Shown: positions 19,263 through 31,200 of the stretch, piece after piece | Numbering within the stretch: the stretch's first letter is position 1 | Layout: every line of letters starts with the position of its first letter | IMG/VR virus record: IMGVR_UViG_3300020391_000290 | Span: 32,001-96,000 of that record | Length of the DNA stretch: 64,000 bases | DNA from: a virus | Reading direction: 5' to 3' (one strand) | The notes under the pieces: generated by a model | Database searches by the model: none | What the model was told of the DNA's origin: nothing | What the model saw: the letters and a program-made list of their open reading frames with translations, nothing else | Translations under genes and position numbers: made by a program

Positions 19263-22200
19263 TGGCTTTACGTAAAAGTTCCGCATTATTACCTAGTATT
19301 TTTCAAACTTCAAAGAATTCGAAGTTTTTAAATGCAACAATGGATCAATTAATTAGTGAACCAAATCTACAACGTTTTAGTAGTTTTATAGGAAGAAAAT
19401 TTGCTCCTAATTTTACAGTAGGTAATGGCTATATTACTGAAACTAGTGCAGAACGACAAAATTATCAATTAGAACCTGCAGTAGTTTATAGTAATACATC
19501 TAAGCAAATTGAATCTTTATCAAGTTATACAGATTTTGTCAGTGCTTTATCATATAATAATGTAGATACAACTAATCACAGTGATTTATTTACACAAGAA
19601 TTTTATAATTATAGTGGCTTTGTTGATTTTGACAAATTTGTAAATTATGGTGAATACTTTTGGCTTCCGGCAGGACCTGATAGTGTCCAAGTATTTAATA
19701 GTGTTGTTGATACAGAAAAAACTTACACAGTATATACAAGCGGGACTGAATTTAAGTTTGATAGCATAACTGCAGATCCTAATAGAGCAGTAATACTTGC
19801 AAGAGGTGGTACGTACAAATTCACTCTCAATGAAACAGGAAATCCTTTTTGGATTCAAACAGAAATAGGAACTTCAGGGATAAGTGCATATAGTACGTCC
19901 ATTAGTACAAGGGAAGTTTTAGGAGTTACTAATAACGGTGCTACAAATGGAACTGTAACATTTACAGTGCCTATGGTAGATGCACAAAATGAACAGATAA
20001 ATGCAATACAGGCAGCAAATCCTGATTTTGCTACAGATTTAACATATAGCCAAATACATAATCAGCCTTATAAAACTTTTATAGATACACATGGTGGCAT
20101 AGATAAACAAACTGTTATAAATGGAAAAAGTCTTGTATTTGTAAACACAACTACTGCGGCAAGTGCTTGGGACCAAGGATCCAACTTTGATGCATATGGA
20201 TTTGATGATAATGATAATCCGTTTGACCAAACTACAACATTAGATATGTCTATAAGATATGACGTTTACAATATATCTATAGATACTATTGGTGGAGTAG
20301 AAACAATTGTCTTATCTAGAAGTATAGATTGGCCTATAGGACAAAAAGTTAAAATTAAACAAGGTGATGGATATGGAAATAGAGAATTTTTTAAAGGAGG
20401 AGATGGACTTCCTTTATTAATTAAACCTTATACTGCAGGAATAGATACTTTATATTATCAAGACGGTGTAAATGCTACACAGTTTGGAACTATAAAACTT
20501 GTTGAGATAGATCAAGTTAGTCCTATAGATGTTGAAAACGATATTTTAGAAAAACTTGTATATACAAGTGATAATGGAGTAACATTTACAAATGGATTAA
20601 AAATAGAATTTAATAGTGATGTTACACCTACAACATACGCAGGAAGAGAATATTTTGTTGAAGGGGTAGGACAACCACAAGGTATAAGTTTAACTCCAGT
20701 AGATGAATTATTGACACCTGAAAGTTATACTGTAAGCACTAGTGATGGATTTGATAGTGTAGCTTATGATACAGGTGGATGGGATGGCACATTAAATGCA
20801 CCAACTAGTCAAGATTATATTCTTATAAACCGTAATAGTCCAGATAGAAATGCTTGGAGTAGAGGAAATCGTTGGTTTCATAGACAAGTTATAGAGGCTA
20901 CTGCTGGTTACAATAATTATACTGCAGAGATAGATGATAGTGCAAGGGCAAAAAGACCTATAATTGAATTTAATACTGGACTTGAGTTATTTAATATGGG
21001 AATAACTTCCAAAGCTCCGGTAACTGTAGTAGATACAACACAAACAGACGCTTTTAGTAATGTAAATGGTTCTACAGGTTATTTTGCAGATGGTATTGAT
21101 ATTAAACAAGATAATACAATAATTTTTACTGCAGATTCTGCTATTAATAAAAATGTCTATCGTGTTGATATGGTAAATCAAGATAGTGATCTTACAACAA
21201 ACGAAATAATTAGTTTAGTATTAATAGATACTATATCCGATAAAGATTGTGTATTAAGCACATTAGGTGCAACTAATCAAGGAAAACAGTATTGGTTAGA
21301 TGAAGACACATGGAAAACTGGTCAACAGAAAACAAAGTTAAATCAAGACCCATTATTCAATGTACAAGATCCAGAGCATGTGAGTTTTAGCGATACAACA
21401 AAATATCCTAGTAGTAATTTCATAGGTAGTAAATTGTTTTCTTATAAAAGAAACAATAATAATGCATTAGATACTATATTAGGATTTGGTTTAAGTTATC
21501 AAAATTTTAGTACTTTAGGCGATATAGTTTTTGAAAATAATTTTGACACAGACACATTTCAATATACAAAGAGTACAGGAAACACAAATGTAATTGTACG
21601 TAGTGGACACGTACATCAATGGAATCAAAAAGGTGTTAGGACATTAGATAATGGTTGGACAAAGGTTCTTGAAAATAGTAATCAATATCAAATTGTTATA
21701 CATGAAGTGGCAGAATCTGAATTATATAGCTATGAGATAGGTGCAAGTGTAGACACTACAAAAACAATTCAGCCTTTACAAGTATTTGTAAATAGTAAAT
21801 TTATTGCACCTAGTAAGTATACACATTTAATACAAAATGATAGAGAGTATGTAAGTTTTACAGATAAACTTTCAGTAGATGACGTAGTAACAATTAAATT
21901 CTATAGTAACACAAAAGCAACAAACAGTTATTATGAAATACCTAGTAATTTAGAAAATAATGCAAGTAACGCAACATTTGATACATTAACACTAGGACAA
22001 GTTAGAAACCATGTAACTACTTTTTCCCAATACATAAAAACATTATCAGGTTCTTCGCCGGGTGCTAGTAATTTAAGAGATACAAATTACAAAGCATATC
22101 CAGGTGACATTATGCAACATAGTGCCGGAATGATTACCCCCATGTACGCTTTTACAAATTCAGAGGCAAATTTGTTAAAAAGTATAACATTTGTAAAAGA

Positions 22201-25200
22201 TGAATACACTAAGTTTAAAAATTCATTTATAGATAACATTAACAAATTAGACCTTGATTTAACAGACCCAAGTAAGTGTGTAGATGATATAATAAAAACT
22301 ATAGCAGGAAAAAAAACGAGTGCTTTGCCTTTTTATTATAGTGATATGCTACCGTGGGGAACGCAAAAAAGCCAAGTTGAACATATTGTTGATGATACAA
22401 GCGAAGTAGAATTTGAATTTACAACACAGTTTGATCTTACAACTTTATCTGCTAGAAGCGTATTAGTTTACAAAAATACTGAACTACTAATAGAAGGAAA
22501 AGATTATACATTAGATTCTATTGAAGCAAAAGTAAAGTTGACAACAAATAGTGTTAACACAAGTAACATAGGTCTAGTAGTAAATGATATAATTAAGATT
22601 GTTGAATATACTGATACAAATGGATCATTTTGTCCACCAACTCCTAGTAAACTTGGATTATATTACAAGTATGAGCCCAAAAAATATATGGATAATACAT
22701 ATGCAAATTCTAAAACTGTAGTGCAAGGACATGACGGAAGTATATGGGTAGGATATGGCGATATACGTGATGACATTATATTAGAATTTGAAAAACGTGT
22801 TTACAATAATATTAAAACACAATATGATACTAATTTATTTGATTATGCAGAGATACTGCCTGGATATTTTAGGAATACACTTGAAGAGTTCAATGAGGCA
22901 AATAATATTACAAGAAGTTATTTTGGCGAGTGGGCATTAAAAAATAAAGTGTTAGTGCAGAAAAATACAATATCAACAGATGAAGACTTATTTTCTTGGA
23001 ATTACACCACAAGTGTAAATGTTTTAAACAATCAGCGTATTCCTGGATACTGGAGAGGTATCTATAGATGGTTTTTTGATACTGACACACCACATACTAC
23101 TCCTTGGGAGATGTTAGGACTTAGTGTAAAGCCTATATGGTGGAATAACCGTTATGGTGACGCACCTTACACCAGAGGTAATACAGTACTATGGGAAGAT
23201 TTGAGAGACGGAAAATTATATAGTGATGCTACAAGCAGTATATTCACTACTGTAGCAAACCGTAAACGTGCAAATCTAATGAGTATTATTCCTGTTGATG
23301 AGCAAGGATCTTTAAGAGCACCAGGTGAATTCCTTACGCAAGGTACTACAATTACTAACAATAAAAACTCTTGGGCATATAGTGATGGCAGTCCGGCAGA
23401 GACAGCATGGACTAGAAGTAGTGAATACCCTTTTGTGATTCAAATACTTGCGGCTAATATAAAACCTGCTAAGTATGGCTCATATATGTTTGATACTAAT
23501 TTATTAGAACGCAATGGACAATATGATCAAATTTTACAAAAATCAAAAAGTTATAGACCTACTATCCTTGATCTTAAAATGCATGGTACTATACTAAGTG
23601 ATGGAGAAATACAAAGAGCAGAAGGATATAATCAGTTTATAAGCGAGTATATTCGTAGTACAGGTTTCGGCATAAATGATACAATTGCAAAATTTAATAA
23701 TTTAGAACTTAATTTAAGTTATCCTGTGGCAGGATTTACAGACAAAAAATATCTTAAAGTGGTTGCAGAAAGTGTAACACCTAGTAGTCAAAGCGAAAAT
23801 ATTTTTATTCCAGATGAAGACATCAATATTTTTCTTAAAAAAAGTTTGCCTTTAGAAAGAATAGTATATAGTGGTGTACAAATTATTGTAAGAGATAACG
23901 GATACGAAATCCAAGGATATGATAGACAAAATCCTTTCTTTAAAATTATTCCAAGTGTATCAGCAAAAGATCCTTTACAACATACAGTAGGCGGAACAAC
24001 ATATTTTGAATATGAACAATATGAAAATATTATTGCAAATATTCCATATGGCACAATAATTGCAAATAGGCAACAAATTTTTGATTTCCTTGTAAGTTAT
24101 CAGCGTTATCTTTTAAGTAAAGGTTTTATATTTGATAGTATTACTAGTAGAGGTGATAAAAATGATTTTATTACAGGAGGTAAAGAATTTGCATTTTGGA
24201 CAGATCAAAATTGGGAAACAAATAGTGTAATTGTTTTAAGTCCTTGTAGTCAAACTTTAAAAATTAACAGAACACTAGCTACAGTAGATGATATAAGAAT
24301 TACAGGCAAGCCTAAAGATGCAAATGGAAGTATTATTAATCCTAAATTTTATGATGTAACTCGTATAGATAATTTTTTAGAAATACAAGTTGACAACGAA
24401 AATACACAATTGTATAGCTTACAATTAGATCCAATACAGTATGAACATGCATTAGTTTTTAGCAATAAAACAATTTTTAATGATATCATTTATCAGCCAG
24501 AACTTGGAAACAGACACTCAAGATTAAAATTAGTTGGATCAAGAAGTGGAGATTGGAACGGAACTTTACATGCTCCTGGATTCTTTTTAAATGAAAATAA
24601 AATTAACAACTGGCAGTCATATGTAGATTATAAAAAAGGTGATTTAGTAAATTTTCAAAATCAAACATATTCTGCAAAATATTCAATAGATGGTAGTAAT
24701 GTATTCCGATTTGATGATTGGAATACTATTAATAATATGCAAACAGGTCTTGTCAAGAATCTTACTAACAAAGCTAGTCAGTTTAAAGATTTTTTTGAAT
24801 TAGATAATCTTAATTTAGAAGATGGTGTTGATAAGTTAGGTAAAGGAATGATTGGCTTTAATCAGAAAGATTACCTACAAGGGTTAGGATTAGATGACGT
24901 CAGCCAAGTAAAATTTTATCAAGGTATGGTAAAACAAAAAGGTACTAGTAGTGCAATTAATAAACTGATTGACGCTGAACTTACAAATTTAGATCAAACC
25001 ATTAATTATTTTGAAGAATGGGCATTTAGAGTAGGTGAGTATGGAAGCATTGATAGTAATCAAATTGTGGAAACAATAATACCTGAAGAAAATGCAACTA
25101 ATAACCCTACTGTAATACATTTTCATGCAGATGGTGAATTACCTACTGATACTGATAATGATCATTATCACGTGCAAAGAAAAGATTTATATAGAGTTCC

Positions 25201-28200
25201 AAATAACTATAATGGTGATTTATTTGCTAGTAGAGATGTTAACACAGTAAAAACAAATGATTTAGATACTGCAGGTTATGCACGACTAGATGATGTAGAT
25301 TTTACTTTGTTTGATGCTAACGACTTGACTAGTTTAAGCTCTAACATACAAGCACTAGGTAAAGGCAAAAAGATTTGGATTGCAAAAGATACTACTAATA
25401 CATGGAGTATTAGGCGTGTAGATGAAACTTTAAGTACTGTAACAAAAATACAAAGTACAGGAAATGGTTACTTAATATATACTACAGATATAAATCACGG
25501 ACTTGTAAAAGATGATTACGTAGTAGTAAGAGCACAACAACCTATTGGAAAAGTTGCTAAGATTTTTGAAGTATCTAGCCCTAATTCGTTTACTTTAGCT
25601 GATACTACAACAGAAGCAGAAATAACAAATGTTAATATTCCTATGTACAAACTTAGTAATGTTCGTTATACACAAGCAAGTGATATTAGCAAATTTACTC
25701 CAGTCAGTGGATGGGATAATAAGGAACTTGTATACGTTGATAAAGATCTCAACGGCAAATGGAATGTTTTACAAAACACAAGACCATGGACAACCACAGG
25801 AATAAAAACTACTGCAAGTGTAACTGCAGATGACAAATTAGGCAGTAGTATAAAAATAAATGCAAATAGTACTCTTGCTATAGCTGGCGCACCTGATCAA
25901 GGTTCCGGAGCAATAGTACCTTATGTACGTAGTGAAGGAGGTGCACTATTAGAAAGTAACAGTGTTATAGTCAGCACAATTGGAGATAGTGTTGATAGTT
26001 TTGGTGCATCCGTAGCAGTAGGAGTCGACTATGTTGCAGTAGGTGCACCTGATACAGAAAGTTCTAAAGGTGCAGTGTTCACATATTACGTTGATGCTAC
26101 TGGAACTTTTAATAGAAGACCTTCGATACGTCCTAATGCTTTAGGTTCTTCAGCAAAGTTCGGTACTAGTATAGCAATGAGTGGCAATGGCAGGTATCTC
26201 TTCGTAGGATCACCTGGTGATAATAAAATTTATTCTTACACACTTGTTACAATACCGACCTCTAGTATAGTTAGTCACACTATTACTAGTAATGGAGGAA
26301 CAAATTATTCAATAAATTTTACGCCTATTAGTCAAGAATCGTTAAGTTTAGTTGACGAAAATGGAAAAGTATATCTTCCAAATAAAGACTTTACATGGAA
26401 CGGTTCACAGATCGTGTTTGCTTCTGGTCCAAGTGCTAGTTTACAGATAGTTGTTAGACAATTAGATTATTTTGCTTTTAGTAGTATGTTAGATCCTTTT
26501 GATAGTATGTCAGGCGATGATTATGGTTTTTCAATCGATTGTGATTATTATGGCAGGAATGTTATTATTGGTGCACCAAATGCAGACGTTCCTAATAGCG
26601 ACAGTACAGTAATATCAAATGCTGGTGAAATAAGTGTCCAATCACAAGTAGTCCAACAATTTGCTGGTGATGGTATTACTAAAGCATTTACCACAATAGA
26701 AACTCTACAAACTAAAATATTTGTAGAGGTAGACGGTGTACTACAAACCGAAACTGATAACACAGATGTACCTGTAGAAAACGATGGTAGTAGTATAGGA
26801 TTTTATACACGCTCTGGCAAAACTATTACATTTAAATATATACCTTCCAGTGGTGCAAGAATTGTAGTATATACTGGCACATACATAGAAAAACAAAAAA
26901 TATATCAAAACATGACTGGACAAAGTCCTACTCTAAATGAACAATTTGGATATAGTGTTGCTATAGACAGTAACGGGACAACAATTGCAGTTGGTAGTCC
27001 AGGTGAAGACGAAACAAATCCAAACACAGGTAGTGTGTTTATATTTCAGGATAGTGGTAAAAATTATGGTTTAGTGACAACTAATACTCCACATAACCAA
27101 ACTGCCGGTGATACATTTTATATTGATAACAGATTAATTACAGTAACTGATAGTGCAGATAATCCAACTAATCTTGCAAGTGATATTAATAACGCAAATA
27201 TTCCTGGAGTCACTGCAAGTGTCAATCTTACTGGTGCAATAGAAATATTATCTACAAATACTGAACCATTAAACAAGTTAACAATTAATCCTGGCGGTGG
27301 ATCAATGTTTTTGCGTGACAATGTTTTTGAAATATTTAAATTTACACAAAAAATAAATCATCCACATGCAAAGCAAAATGAAAATTTTGGTAGGGCAGTA
27401 GTATTTGACAAATACTTAGATATTGGGTCTGGAAATTATGGTACTAGGAATCTTGTTATTAGTAGTGATAAAGCAAGTACAATATTAGGTATTGGTTTTG
27501 ATATAGAAAGTAATTCTAACAAAGCAAATTATTTACAATCTACAACAACGTTTGATAATGGCGGCACTACATTTACAGATAAAAGATCACAAAGCGGAGC
27601 CGCTTATGTATATGAATTATTAAGTGCAAACAGTGCTAGTATAACTAACTCAGATAAAATGGTTTTTGCACAACAACTTACAAGCACTAACATAGGTTTA
27701 TTAGATCAGTTTGGATTTGCAGTGGCTTTTAGTGATAAAAGGATTTTAGTTGGTAGTCCACAAGATGATATAGTTAAAGGATCAACAACAATTACAAATA
27801 GCGGAAGTGTATATGAATTTAATAATAATTTAAGGACAAAGAGTTGGTCAATATTACGTAACGAAAGTGATAGAGTAGATGTAACTCAAATAAATCGTGT
27901 TGCTTTATATAATAAAAAATCTAATAACATTGATGTCTTTTTGGATTATATTGATCCAGCTAAAGGTAAAGTAGCAGGTGTTGCACAAAGTGAACTAGAT
28001 TATGTAAGTAGTCAAGATCCTGCATTATATGAAAAAAATCTTTGGAGCTACAAGTATAAAAATAGATTATGGTGGGATACTAGCACTGTTCATTTCTTAA
28101 ATGTTGAGCAAGGTGATTTAGATTATCGTAAAAATTATTGGGGTACTATGTTTCCGGGTAGTACAATTGATATTTGTGAATGGATAGAAAGTAATGTTCC

Positions 28201-31200
28201 GCCTAGCGAATATACTGGAGAAGGCACTGTAAGGGATCCTAACTTTTTTACAGTCGCAAATGTGTACAATAGTTCAAGCGATAGTACGAAAATTAAATAT
28301 TACTTCTGGGTAAAAAATATTACTAGTGTGCCTACAGAAGCTGAATTTAGAACATTAAGTGCAGATAGTGTTCGTAGACTAATAGAAGATCCTAAAGCTC
28401 AAGGGCTTCCTTATGTTGCAATTATTGATAAAGATGCAATAGCATTGTACAACTGTAAAGACTATTTTGCAGATAATGATGCAGTTTTTAGTGTAAACTA
28501 TGATGTTGTTAAAAATGAAGGAGTGTTACATAGTGAATTTGAATTATTTGGTAAAGGTAATACGGACCAAGATATTCCCACAAGACTCTACAATAAGTTG
28601 GTGGATAGTCTTGCTGGTGCTGATAGCGTTGGAAATATTGTTCCTGATCCTTTCTTAAGTGAAGTAGAAAAATACGGAGTACTTACACAACCTAGACAAA
28701 GTATGTTTGTTAACAGAGCAAGTGCAATAAAAGTTTTAGTGCAATATTGTAATTCTATTTTTGTTACACAACCATTTGCAAGAAATTCTAGTATGACAAA
28801 ACTTCTAAGTAGTGAAAATATTCCAACCGTAAATAGCGGAGAATACAATGTAAGTGTTGATACTCTTGCTGAAAGAGATTATCTTAATACACTTATACTA
28901 ACCACAGGCTATAAAGTTTTAGTTTTAGAAGATGAAAATAATAATAACTATTGGACAGTGTACACCTTAAATGCAGACAAAACTTGGTCACTTTCAAACA
29001 TTCAAGGATACAATACTGCAGATTATTGGTCTTATAAAACCTATTATAAATCTGGATATGATGCAACCACTGTACCAAATTTTCAAGTGCAAAAAGAAGC
29101 AGATCTACTTACTTTAACAACTGCAGTCGAGGGCGATATCGCAAAAGTTACTAGCAATGATGAAGGCAACTTTAGCATGTTTAGTCTACAGTCAGATGGA
29201 ACTTGGGACGAAGTAATAATTGAAAGAGGTACAATACAATTTAACAATAGTTTATATTCATTTACAACATTGAATACAAGTTTTCAAGCCACAGGTTTTG
29301 ATAATGATGGCTTTGACTTTGGTAGTTTTGATAAAGTACCAACAGAAGAAATAAGGCAAATCATAAATGCTTTAAAAAATGATTTATTTACAGATACATA
29401 TAAAATTCATATGAACGAATTATTTTTCAGGCTAATGGAGTATGCACTTAATGAAAATACTTTTACAACAGACTGGATGTTTAAAAGTAGTTTTATATCT
29501 GTTGCACACAAGTTACGTAGTTTAAATCAGTATAATACTTTTAAATATGATAACACAACTTTTATTGAAAAATTTATAGAAGAAGTAAAGCCCTATAAAA
29601 CTACAATAAGAGAGTATATTAGCAAGTATGATAAATTAGACACATTTGAAGGTGATACTACAGACTTTGATGTTCATGCTTTTTACGATGAAGAATTACA
29701 ATTATTCCGTAAACCTAGCGGACAGTATACAGGTGATGAAACAAAATGGACTCAAGGATTAAATAAGCCTTGGGGTGAAAATTATGGATATAAACTAGAT
29801 TCAATATCATTAGTAAATGCTGGTACCGGGTACATTTCTGATCCTACAGTGACTATAAGTGCACCGCAAATGTCAGGCGGTATACAAGCCACTGCAACGG
29901 CAAAAACAAATGGTGATGTAATTATTAGTATCACAGTAACAAATAAAGGAAGTGGTTATACACAAAATCCAACTATTAATATTACTGGTAGTGGAACAGG
30001 AGTAAAAGTAAGTCCAAGGCTTGTTAATAATACAACTAGAAGTTTTGATACAACTATAAAATTTGATCGTATAACTTATTCGTCTAGTGTAAAAGATTGG
30101 GTAAAAAATACATCTTATGGTCTAAATGATATTGTAGCATACCAGAACACGACAACACTTACGCAAGAAGTTTACAAAGTTACAACGGCTTTTACAAGTG
30201 GCGAAACATTTAGCACTGAAGATAATACCGGCACAAGTGTAATGGCAGTATATGCAGATGAGAATTTTACAAATACTGCTGACAGAATAGGCGCATACTA
30301 TTATCCAACTTCTGGAATGATTGGCGATGATTTAGAATTATTACAAAAAGGGACAGGATATTTAGGAAATAAAGTTACAGGCCCAGGATTTGATCAAAAT
30401 CCAGGCTTTGATAGTAGTAATTTTGATGTGATAGGATTTGACAACTTTGAGATTGATGAAGAAGGTCTTGCAGTTCTAGCCGGAGTTGATACTGTTTTTA
30501 GAGGAACCGAATTTGCCAATGACAAACTTGGCAGTGAGTACTTAGTAAGTGGATATGTTGTATCTGGGTACATAAGTAAATTAAGTGTAGGTTTGGACCC
30601 TGAAAGTATAATTATAGATGGATCAGGATTTGTTGACACTTATAACAGTCATGCACCCGAAGAACTTATCCCAGGTAGAGTATATGATACCCTTGACATG
30701 GAAGTATACACACATCCAGGACATGATTATGAAGTTGACGGAGGAGCTCCGGATATACAATATACTTCTTTCAGTAATTTCGTTGATAGTTTTAGTAAAG
30801 GATACCTTGCACCTGGATATCTTGAAGGCGATTATGTTGCACTTACTGAAACGACAATAAGCCAACGAGATTTCCAATATGGTGATCCTACAAAAAGTTC
30901 CGAGGATTATGAATATTTAATTGTGTATCAAAATGACGAGAGAATATACAATTTTACTACAAATTACACAGATAAAACTGTAACTTTATCTAACCCTATA
31001 TTAGCTACAGATATTATACATGTTTATGCGTATAGTCAAGTAGGTGAAAAAATTGTTGGAGAATATACTGAAATAGGTGACGGAAGTTCAATTTCATTTG
31101 TTTTAGGTAATACACCGGAGCTTACAAAACAAACATTAGTTTATGTAGATGGTGTTGAGACAAGCGTCACAATAGGTTCACAAGACGGTAGAACAACAAT

